DNA of 64,000 nucleotides from a virus (Duplodnaviria > Caudoviricetes): positions 32,001 to 96,000 of IMG/VR virus record IMGVR_UViG_3300014031_000001. One strand, written 5' to 3'. The position numbers and the translations under genes are program-made. The notes beneath the pieces are model-generated. The model saw only the letters and a program-made list of their open reading frames with translations, had not been told where the DNA came from and made no database searches. Positions 36,420 through 44,354 of this stretch are shown piece after piece (position 1 is the stretch's first letter; every line of letters starts with the position of its first letter).

Positions 36420-38279
36420 ATGAGCTGGAACTATATCACCACGCAAGGTGAAGTTGAGGCACTTCTGCCCCGACTCATGGAGAAGCCGTCCTGGGGGTTT
36501 GACACCGAAACGACCGGCCTTGATTCACACGTCGACAAGGTGCTGACGATTCAGCTCGGGCGCCCCGAAGAGCAGTTCATCATCGACGCGCGTAAGGTCG
36601 ATGTCTCGCCGCTACGCCCCTTCTTCGAGTCATCGATCAAGAAGATCGCCCACAATGGCAAGTTCGACTACAAGATGATGAAGGGCAGCTTCGGCATCGA
36701 CGTCGAGAGCATCCGCTGCACCTATCTTGGCGAGAAGGCTCTGCACGTCGGGCGCCGCTTTGCCGGCTTTGATCTCGGCAGCATCATCCAAAACCGCCTC
36801 GGCATCACCGTCGACAAGGCCCTGCAAAAGTCCTTCATCGGCCACAAGGGCGAGTTCTCAAGAGAGCAGCTCGCGTACGCCGCGGCCGACGTCTCCCATC
36901 TTCTGCCGCTTTCCTTGAGCCAGTGCACCGAGATGATCGCCGACGGCATCGGCCCCACCTGGGTGCTCGAGTGCGAGGCCTTGCCGTGCTTTGGCGACAT
37001 GGAGTTCGCCGGCGTCCTTCTAGACCAAGACCACTGGAAGGAGCTTATCGCCAGCAACGAAGCCGAGGCCGCGCGCCTGCGCCAAGAGATGGACGAGTAC
37101 GCGCGTCACTTTTTCCCCGTCAATCTTTTCGGAGACGTCGAGATCAACTACGACTCGCCGCCGCAGATCCTTTCGCTCCTACAGCGCATGGGGGTGCAGG
37201 TAAACGAGATGGATTTCAAAACGGGAAAGGGGTTTCAAAAGCTCGTCTACAAGACCGACGACAAGACGCTTAAAAAGGTAAAGGACACGCCTTTCATCAA
37301 GCTTCTGAAGGCCTATCGTGGATACCAAATTCGTATCAACACTTTTGGCTACCCCTTCCTCAAAGCGGTCCACCCGGTAACGGGGCGCATCCACCCGTCG
37401 ATTCGCCAGTACGGCACCGAGACCGGACGGCCCGCCGCCGCCAAGGACAAGGGCTCGGTCAACATGCTGAACATCCCGCGTGAAAACGCTTTCCGGAAAG
37501 GGTTTATTGCCCCTGACGACTACGTTGTCGAGACCGACGACTACAGCGGTTGCGAGCTGCGCATCCTCGCCGAACGCTCGCGCGACCCCGGCCTGATCGA
37601 GGCCTTCGCCAACGGCATCGACGTACACTGCTACGTCGCCAGCCGGCTCTTTGGCGTGGAAGTGACTAAAACAAATGAGAATAAAGGGCTGCGCACGCCG
37701 ACCAAGCCGCTCAACTTCGGCATCGCCTACGGCATGGGCATCAGCTCCCTCTACGAAAGAATCAACGCCGAGGGCTACCCCATCACGCTCGACGACACGG
37801 CGAAGCTCTACCGCCGCTACTGCGACGTCGAGTTCAAGGTGGCCGTCAACCACCTGCGCGACACTGGCAAACTGGCCGTCGAGCAGGGCTACCTGGCCAA
37901 CGCCAACGGGCGGCGGCGCTACTGGATGCCGCCTAACGCGCGCGATCGCGACAAGTACCCCAACGGGGAGCGCGACCCGCGCTACCGCGGTGCCGTCGGC
38001 AAGCTCGAGCGCGAAGGCGGCAACTTCGACATCCAGTCGGTCAACGCCGACATGACAAAGGCGGCGATGGCGTCGATCCGCGCCTACAAGAAAAAGCACA
38101 AGGTCCGCACCGAATTCGCCAACCAGGTCTACGACGAAATCGTGACCATGACCCACAAGGGCGACACAGAGGCCTTCCACCCCATAAAGCAAAAACTGAT
38201 GATCGAAGCCGCTGCGCGCTGGCTCAAGGTCGTGCCGATGGAGGTCGACGGGCACGTCGGCCCCGCCTGGCAAAAATAA
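36420..38279 (+). CDS. polA: Family A DNA polymerase (3'-5' exonuclease + polymerase, no 5'-3' exonuclease)
   Basis: FDTETTG, HNGKFD, YAAAD; GTETGR; motif A DYSGCELRILA; motif B RTPTKPLNFGIAYG; motif C VYDE. Confidence 0.93.
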   Translation: MSWNYITTQGEVEALLPRLMEKPSWGFDTETTGLDSHVDKVLTIQLGRPEEQFIIDARKVDVSPLRPFFESSIKKIAHNGKFDYKMMKGSFGIDVESIRCTYLGEKALHVGRRFAGFDLGSIIQNRLGITVDKALQKSFIGHKGEFSREQLAYAAADVSHLLPLSLSQCTEMIADGIGPTWVLECEALPCFGDMEFAGVLLDQDHWKELIASNEAEAARLRQEMDEYARHFFPVNLFGDVEINYDSPPQILSLLQRMGVQVNEMDFKTGKGFQKLVYKTDDKTLKKVKDTPFIKLLKAYRGYQIRINTFGYPFLKAVHPVTGRIHPSIRQYGTETGRPAAAKDKGSVNMLNIPRENAFRKGFIAPDDYVVETDDYSGCELRILAERSRDPGLIEAFANGIDVHCYVASRLFGVEVTKTNENKGLRTPTKPLNFGIAYGMGISSLYERINAEGYPITLDDTAKLYRRYCDVEFKVAVNHLRDTGKLAVEQGYLANANGRRRYWMPPNARDRDKYPNGERDPRYRGAVGKLEREGGNFDIQSVNADMTKAAMASIRAYKKKHKVRTEFANQVYDEIVTMTHKGDTEAFHPIKQKLMIEAAARWLKVVPMEVDGHVGPAWQK

Positions 38280-38461
38280 GGAGGTGCCCGTGCCCCGCGA
38301 AACGCTCGCAGAGCAGCTCGCTCGCCTCGCCCAGCTTGCCCTCAAGGCGGACCGCCAAGGCCAAATGGTCAGCGTCTTTGAGGTCGGCGAGATCGTGACC
38401 ATCCGTTTTCAAAAACCCGACGCGCAGCCTGCGCGCAGGGTCCGCACATCTGGAGCCCGCG

Positions 38462-38776
38462 ATGACAGCGCAGTTTGAGACGTCCGACCTCGAGACGAAG
38501 GTTCTTCATTTCGAGGACAAGGTCCAGGAGGTACGCCGGCGCCACGGCCGCCTCCACTACCTCGACAAGACCGGTATGCGCACGGCCGGTGACATCGAAA
38601 CGGTCGTGCGGGCCTACTCGCCCAACGACAACCCGCGCAACTGTATGGTCGACATCGTGACCGACTTCATGCACTTTTGCACCGCTGAGCAGGTGAGCTT
38701 CGAAAAGGTCCTTACGGCTGCCCGTAAAAACTACCTGCGGGAAGCAAAGCCCGGACTTGACTCGTTTTTGATTTAG
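38462..38776 (+). CDS. Hypothetical protein
   Basis: GGAG RBS; DIVTDFMHFC. Confidence 0.6.
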   Translation: MTAQFETSDLETKVLHFEDKVQEVRRRHGRLHYLDKTGMRTAGDIETVVRAYSPNDNPRNCMVDIVTDFMHFCTAEQVSFEKVLTAARKNYLREAKPGLDSFLI

Positions 38777-38815
38777 CTAGAAATTGGTTGCTACCACTGC
38801 GAAGGAGAATTCAGC

Positions 38816-39205
38816 ATGGCAAAGAAGAGCAAGGCCACCCGCGGCCAACGTAAGACAGGCCGCCCCGCGGCGGTGAAGGCCGCCGCCCGCAAGGTCGCCA
38901 AGGTCGGCGGACGCGGCAAGCGCACCGTCGTCAGCCCCTTCACCGTGCCTGAGGGCTACGCCGGCACAAAGCTCAGCTTCCACAACGACGCGCCGTTTGT
39001 GGCGCTGTCGATCGAGACCTTCACCGTCGGCTCCGACGAGTGGCTTTCGGCGACGGGCGGCGACGGCAGCCGTATTGTGGTGCGGCTCAACAGCGTTGCG
39101 CGGCTGGCATCGTTTCTTGGAAACGATCTGCTGTCGGACGATTTTGACGAGCTCGAGAAGGAGACGGAAGAAGACAAAGATCCGCACGCGGGTCTGCATG
39201 CCTAA
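38816..39205 (+). CDS. Hypothetical protein with Lys/Ala-rich N-terminus and acidic C-terminus
   Basis: AAGGAG RBS; MAKKSKATRGQRKTGRPAAVKAAARKVAK. Confidence 0.65.
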   Translation: MAKKSKATRGQRKTGRPAAVKAAARKVAKVGGRGKRTVVSPFTVPEGYAGTKLSFHNDAPFVALSIETFTVGSDEWLSATGGDGSRIVVRLNSVARLASFLGNDLLSDDFDELEKETEEDKDPHAGLHA

Positions 39206-39419
39206 GGCAGCACGCAGAAAGCGCAGCCCGACGCCGCGCCCTGGGCAGGTCTGGCAGGACAACGACCCGCGCTGCATGGGCGAGCGGCGGGTCGCCGTCG
39301 TTGAGCTGCACCCCAGCTATGCGTTGGTTCGCAACGTCCTGACGGGGCGCTGCACGAAGACGAGCCGCGAGCGCTTTGACGACCGCCGCAGCGGCTTCAG
39401 CTACGTCTCAAAACGCTAG
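39198..39419 (+). CDS. Small SH3-like hypothetical protein
   Basis: PRPGQVWQDNDPR motif. Confidence 0.55.
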   Translation: MPKAARRKRSPTPRPGQVWQDNDPRCMGERRVAVVELHPSYALVRNVLTGRCTKTSRERFDDRRSGFSYVSKR

Positions 39420-39487
39420 AATCCCAGGTATAAGTATCCTGCAGGCGCCGCTCACTTTCGAGCGGCGCCTTCTTTATTGGGGGCGCG

Positions 39488-39679
39488 ATGGTTCCAGACT
39501 TCCTTTTCTTGTGGCTCATCCACAGCCTCTTTTGGTTCGTGCTCAGCGTGCTGGCGGCCGTCCTACGCGGCGGCTATAACGCTATGCGTCCGCGCAGCGC
39601 CGTCGCCATGGCGCTGGCGTCGACAGCCCTTCAGACCCTATCGCTCGTCTACATCAGAATGCATTGGAGGCTCTTATGA
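39488..39679 (+). CDS. Small two-TM membrane protein
   Basis: Two hydrophobic helices; stop overlaps the next ATG. Confidence 0.45.
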   Translation: MVPDFLFLWLIHSLFWFVLSVLAAVLRGGYNAMRPRSAVAMALASTALQTLSLVYIRMHWRLL

Positions 39680-40455
39680 CCGCCGTTTCTTATGACTTTC
39701 CCGTGGCCCTGGAACCGGTCTTCACCAGCAAGGGTAAAAGTATCGCCAACTCGCGCGCCGTTGTGCGCACCGACACGGGCGAGGCGTTGTCGGTCGTCAG
39801 CGACCGCTACAGCATCATCCGCCACGACACGGTGCTGAAGGCCGCCGATGCCTTCGTCAGCCACTTCGGCGCCCCCGAGGTGCGCCACCACCTGACCGGC
39901 AACGGCGCCAACCTGGTGGCCGAGTACTCGTTTAAAGACCAGCAGGCCGACGCCGGCGTCAACGACACGGTAGGGCTCGTCGTCTACATCCGCAACGCCT
40001 ACCGGCCGGGCGTGTCCGCGCAGGTGCGCGTCGGCGCCCTCGTCTTGGCCTGCAAAAACGGCATGGTGATCCCGCGCACCGTCTTTAACCTGTCCGTGCG
40101 CCACACCGGTAACGTCCAAGACGTCCGCTTCCCCGAGCCTGACCAAGTCATGACGGCCTTCCGCGAGCAGTCGGCCGGCTGGAGGACGCTGGGCAGGATC
40201 CAACTTTTAAAGGACACGGGTTACGACTTCCTTGCCGAGGGCGGCCCACTTAGAGACGCTCTGCCCGCCGCGACGGCCCGCGAGGCCTACGCTATGTGGC
40301 TCGACAACTACGACAAGGACCAGAACACCGCCTGGCACATGATGCAGCACATCACCAACCTTGTGACGCATCGGCCAGGGAGGCTCTCTTACCTCGGGCA
40401 GCTTGCCCGCCTTGAGCGGGTCGTCGGCACGTTCAATAAACACTTCGTGGACTGA
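39676..40455 (+). CDS. DUF932/DUF945-like phage/plasmid protein
   Basis: AVVRTDTGEALSVVSDRYSII, RNAY, LVLACKNGM, RHTG, NTAW...ITN. Confidence 0.75.
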   Translation: MTAVSYDFPVALEPVFTSKGKSIANSRAVVRTDTGEALSVVSDRYSIIRHDTVLKAADAFVSHFGAPEVRHHLTGNGANLVAEYSFKDQQADAGVNDTVGLVVYIRNAYRPGVSAQVRVGALVLACKNGMVIPRTVFNLSVRHTGNVQDVRFPEPDQVMTAFREQSAGWRTLGRIQLLKDTGYDFLAEGGPLRDALPAATAREAYAMWLDNYDKDQNTAWHMMQHITNLVTHRPGRLSYLGQLARLERVVGTFNKHFVD

Positions 40456-40463
40456 GGCTTTTC

Positions 40464-41114
40464 ATGCAACCAACCATGGCGCTGGCCCCCGCAGCGCCGG
40501 CGCCGGATCCGGCCTACATCATCGAAAACAGAAAGCGCCTCCTGGCACTCGACTGCCGCGAGGCGCTTCGCTACGTGCGGGTGCTGAGCGGGGTGGCCTC
40601 GATCACCAACGGGCTCGTCCTTCTGCGCGCCCCTCTCGACATCCCCAACGGCCTCTACACCTACACCGACTCCAACCAGCTGCGGCCCGAGCGCGCTGGC
40701 TGGATGAGCTACCCCGACATCGAAGTCATGGCACCCCCTTTTGCCCGCATGCAGCCCTACTGCGAGATCCTAAACACCCCGGAAATGCCCACACTCGGCA
40801 GCATGATCCCTTGGGTGGAGCGCGCCCGCGAGCTCAACGGCACCATCGTTTTCGCAAAGGACGGGGCCTACTTTCAGCAGCACCCCGACTTCTGCTTCAA
40901 CTTCCCCTTCAACGTGCGCGACGAGATCGTCGTGTCGGCGCACTATCTGCGGCTGGTTCTTGGCGAAATGTTGCGGTACGATCGCATTTATCTTTCCAGA
41001 GAAGAAAACCGCTTCGACAAGATCACACCCCTGGTGTTTGGCAAAAGCTGGGCCGAGTGCGCACTGCTCATGCCGCAAGACTCCGCCGGTTACGGACTAG
41101 GCACCAGGTGGTAA
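40464..41114 (+). CDS. Hypothetical protein, possibly sliding-clamp-like
   Basis: TNGLVLL, SAHYLRLVL and PLVFG...ALLMP resemble beta-clamp domain elements. Confidence 0.45.
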   Translation: MQPTMALAPAAPAPDPAYIIENRKRLLALDCREALRYVRVLSGVASITNGLVLLRAPLDIPNGLYTYTDSNQLRPERAGWMSYPDIEVMAPPFARMQPYCEILNTPEMPTLGSMIPWVERARELNGTIVFAKDGAYFQQHPDFCFNFPFNVRDEIVVSAHYLRLVLGEMLRYDRIYLSREENRFDKITPLVFGKSWAECALLMPQDSAGYGLGTRW

Positions 41115-41147
41115 AAGAGGGCTGCCATCGACACTTCGTTCGACAAG

Positions 41148-42008
41148 ATGTTCTACCAGGAGGGTGAGCGCCTTGGCGGCGTCGACGAATCAGGGGTCAG
41201 CGACATCGCTGGCCCGCTGATCGCGGCCTGTGTAATTTTACCTCGCATCGACATGCAGCGAGACGACCTCAGGATCTTCAACGTCGACGACTGCAAGAAG
41301 ATCCCTGAGAAGTACAGAAAGCAGCACGCCGAGGTTATCTTGCAGACGGCGACGGCCTTCGGTATCGGCGAGGTGAGTCCCGCCGAGGTCGACTACCTCG
41401 GCAAGCCCAACGCCTCGCGGCTGGCGATGATGCGCTCGATCCTGGCGTGTAAGACTGTGGCACGCAGCAAGCCCATGCGCCCCGACTTCCTCATTGTCGA
41501 TGGCGAGAACCCCGTCCAGGTGTCGATCCGCCAGCGCGTCGTTCAAGACGGCGACCAAAAGAGCCTTTGTGTGGCCGCCGCCAGCATCATCGCCAAGGTC
41601 TACCGCGACGACATCATGGCCGAGCTCCACAAGCGCTACCCCCAGTACGACTGGATCAGCAACAAGGGCTACCCCTGCGAAAACCACTTTCGCGGGATGG
41701 ACCGGCACGGTATTCAGATTGGCATACACCGCATACGTTTTTGGCCCTTCACGCCCTCGACGATGCGCGCCGAAGACGACCCCGGCGCTATCGTGCGCTG
41801 GGACAGGCGCCGCAAGAAGTGGCGCCAGGCGACGGAACAAACCCTCGGACAGGAACTAGGAGAGCAGCTTTGGACGTCAAAGCCTCCATTGTGGAAGCCC
41901 TCGGTCAGCTCCAAAGCCTCACCGCTCCAGGGAGTGACGACTACCAGGAGCTCGAGCGCCAAAAGGCCGCCATCCACGGAGAAACCGATGAGCGGAGGCT
42001 CTTTATGA
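41148..42008 (+). CDS. rnhB: Ribonuclease HII
   Basis: GVDESG..AGP, DDCKK, VDG, GD.KSLCVAAASIIAKVYRD, YPQY..SNKGY, HR. Confidence 0.9.
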   Translation: MFYQEGERLGGVDESGVSDIAGPLIAACVILPRIDMQRDDLRIFNVDDCKKIPEKYRKQHAEVILQTATAFGIGEVSPAEVDYLGKPNASRLAMMRSILACKTVARSKPMRPDFLIVDGENPVQVSIRQRVVQDGDQKSLCVAAASIIAKVYRDDIMAELHKRYPQYDWISNKGYPCENHFRGMDRHGIQIGIHRIRFWPFTPSTMRAEDDPGAIVRWDRRRKKWRQATEQTLGQELGEQLWTSKPPLWKPSVSSKASPLQGVTTTRSSSAKRPPSTEKPMSGGSL

Positions 42009-42184
42009 TGCACCAGACCTTGCGCGAGTTGACCAACGGCGCCATCACCGGCACGGCCGAGGCGCCCTTTAAAGTCCGCCAGCCCGACGGCACGGTGCGC
42101 GAGTTCAAGCACCTAGGCGAGCTTCCCGCCGCCGAGACGCTTCCGCCGCGCACGGGCAGCCAGCCGCGCCGGCGCCGCCGCTAG
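41870..42184 (+). CDS. Hypothetical protein overlapping the rnhB tail
   Basis: AGGAGAG RBS plus TTG; coding-like LDVKASIVEALGQL... Confidence 0.55.
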   Translation: MDVKASIVEALGQLQSLTAPGSDDYQELERQKAAIHGETDERRLFMMHQTLRELTNGAITGTAEAPFKVRQPDGTVREFKHLGELPAAETLPPRTGSQPRRRRR

Positions 42185-42217
42185 CGGGCGCCCACCTGGT
42201 CGGGCTATAATCGCCCT

Positions 42218-42415
42218 ATGCCTGCACCTAAAAAAGCGCGCTGCCGTATCCCCCTACAGCGCGAGGGGATCTGGATCCCCGAGGACGCCGAGGTCCTTTG
42301 GACGCCGAGTACGTGCGGCGGCGGCCGCGTCGTTGTCACCTTCGATGACGTCGACCATGTCATGGCCGACGTTGAGTTTTGCATGCACTTTTACACCACC
42401 CACGAGGCCGCCTGA
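42218..42415 (+). CDS. Small hypothetical protein
   Basis: TATAAT immediately upstream (possibly leaderless). Confidence 0.45.
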   Translation: MPAPKKARCRIPLQREGIWIPEDAEVLWTPSTCGGGRVVVTFDDVDHVMADVEFCMHFYTTHEAA

Positions 42416-42689
42416 TGGCAGCGTCTTGGACCGGGTTTGAGAAGTCGGCGGGCCTGATCGGGTGTTTTTTTAGAAACGGCGTGAGCGCATCCAGCCCGTA
42501 AGCGTCCTCGAGGGCGGCGCGGTCGAGCGTCTCGCGCTCGTCGGGCGCGGCCGACAGCACGAAATCGCCGAGCTCTTGCGTCGTCCCTTTCGGGTACTTC
42601 TGCATGATCAGCGCCTTCAGATGCTTCTCGTTTCTCTCGGCCAAACGCCGGCGGCGCGTCGCCTCAAAGAGGTTGCGCACGGTCGCCAT
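42360..42689 (-). CDS. Hypothetical protein
   Basis: Coding-like N-terminal 75 aa (ERETLDRAALEDAYG). Confidence 0.5.
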   Translation of the reverse strand: MATVRNLFEATRRRRLAERNEKHLKALIMQKYPKGTTQELGDFVLSAAPDERETLDRAALEDAYGLDALTPFLKKHPIRPADFSNPVQDAAIRRPRGWCKSACKTQRRP

Positions 42690-43059
42690 CAGCTCGATTT
42701 TCTCGTGAAACTCCGTCCTCGCAGTCCGTAGTTATAACTAGCGTGTTTCGCAAAAGATACACGCGACAAGACCATCTGCGGAGCATCAGGGATTGGGGGG
42801 CGGGACCGTATGGTTGTGCGATAGCACGTCAAAACTGGCTCAGGAAGGATGAGCGCGGCGTGGTCCCCGAGGCATCCAGGGGGACTTTCTAGCAAGGAGC
42901 GCGCCAATAAGAAAAGGCCCATATAGGGCCTAAAAAGTGCGCAAAGCAAGGGGCCGCCGGCGGATGCCGGGGTCTCCCTCAAAGAGGCAAGAGTGACGCT
43001 CAAATCACTGTTGAGCGGGCATCGTGGCCCCTTCGCAAAGTACTGTCAACGCGGGAAAG

Positions 43060-43132
43060 TCGGCACGTCTGGAGTCGAACCAGAGACCTCCGCCTTATCA
43101 GGGCGGCGCTCTACCAGCTGAGCTACGTGCGG
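43060..43132 (-). tRNA. tRNA-Ile (anticodon GAU)
   Basis: D-arm GCTC-AGCTGGTA-GAGC; anticodon arm CCGCC-CTGATAA-GGCGG; T-arm TCTGG-TTCGACT-CCAGA; A73; C2:C71 mismatch; no encoded CCA. Confidence 0.9.
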
Positions 43133-43135
43133 GCA

Positions 43136-43399
43136 TCAAGCACTTTCCGGCAGACTGTGGGCGGACGCGTAGGCGGCCATCACGGCCAGCACGACGTCGA
43201 TCTTGCTCTCCGCACCGGTCTTAGCAAAGATCCCCTTCAGGTGGTTGTTCACCGTGTGGGGGCTCATCCCGACCTTCGCCGCGACGAGGTCGGTGCGCGT
43301 CGGGCCGACGCACAGCCGGCGGACGATGTCCGTCTGGCGCTTGGTGAGCTTGTGGCGACTGGCCACGAGCAGCACGGCCTCCTCATAGAAGCTGTCCAT
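43136..43399 (-). CDS. LuxR-type HTH regulator (HTH only)
   Basis: LTKRQTDIVRRLCVG....VAAKVGMSPHTVNNHLKGIFAKTG. Confidence 0.85.
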   Translation of the reverse strand: MDSFYEEAVLLVASRHKLTKRQTDIVRRLCVGPTRTDLVAAKVGMSPHTVNNHLKGIFAKTGAESKIDVVLAVMAAYASAHSLPESA

Positions 43400-43755
43400 C
43401 GCTGCCTCGCATTTCATCAGGCTGGTTTGACATGAGACTAGCTTAAGTAAGTCAGTTCGGGCAACCAGCAGCGAGGCGCAGACGCTTATCTATGCGATTA
43501 AAGCAGCACATTAACAACACAACGGTTGCCATAGAAATCATAAAAAGCTTCTACGTCGCCGAAAACGAGACGTGGAAGCTCAAGGTGCGGTGGTGGGGCG
43601 TCTCGTCGCGCCGCGCGACCTGAATATCCAGCAGCGCATCACGGTGTCGAAGGCGGCGATGCAGGACTGGAAGCCTTACGTATGGCTGGAAGTTACGAGT
43701 CCGTAACCTGACCCGCCAGAGAGACGGCCGAGGGGCTGCCAACGGTCAAGGGGGC

Positions 43756-43920
43756 TGTGGACAAGCTGAGGATAACTTGGGGATGCGTGGCTGGCGGCAA
43801 GGCGAGATGGGTGACGACCGTGGCTGCCTGTCTTTCGGCCCCAGCACGAGCTTCTTTAGAAATGTCATGAAACTATAACACATATCAAGATATTGCATAG
43901 TTGATTATAAAATAGACATG
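43756..43920. promoter_or_regulatory. DnaA-box-like triplet plus AT-rich tract (candidate origin)
   Basis: TGTGGACAA, TGAGGATAA and TGGGGATGC at 11-bp spacing; AT-rich tract about 43855-43920 in a ~0.9-kb gene-poor gap. Confidence 0.4.
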
Positions 43921-44354
43921 TCGACGTTTTGTCGTTTCTTCGCCCTATCAAGGGCGACGTGTCGTTGTTTTACCGCATTGTCGATGTATCGCGTGGTCGG
44001 CTATGGTGCCGCCACACCGGGGAGACATCGCAACGCGGCGGGTGAGTGACCGAAGGCCACCGGGCCTTCGTGCGTCCGTACCGGCGCCCTGGGGGGATAA
44101 GCCTCCGGGGCGGTTTCTTTAAGTCAGCCTTATCGGTGACTTATAATGGCTACCCGGTGGCGCTGTACCAGCGGTTGCTGATAGACTGTACACATTCAGC
44201 TCTGCGGCGACGGCCACCCGGTCTAGCCCAAAGCCCCCGCCGCCCGCTGCGAGCGCCCCGCGACGCTCGGAGAGCCGCTCCCCCGCCGGGAGCGGCTCTC
44301 TCGCTTCTAGGGCCCGTTTTGCCAGCCGAGGGGGCACTCCTGGGGGCGGCCGCC

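Noticed and set aside
41870-42008. C-terminal extension of RNase HII as a functional domain
   Set aside because: It is low-complexity and overlaps a better ORF with its own RBS at 41870, so it is probably run-on sequence.
42415-42501. 28-aa + strand ORF MAASWTGFEKSAG... resembling the FWxGF tag, TGATG-coupled to the upstream gene
   Set aside because: It lacks the first Phe, lies in an early block and is antisense to the plausible 42360..42689 gene. It may be chance, so it is not counted as a tag copy.
42689-43003. 104-aa - strand ORF
   Set aside because: Atypical composition and codon use; more likely intergenic sequence downstream of the tRNA.
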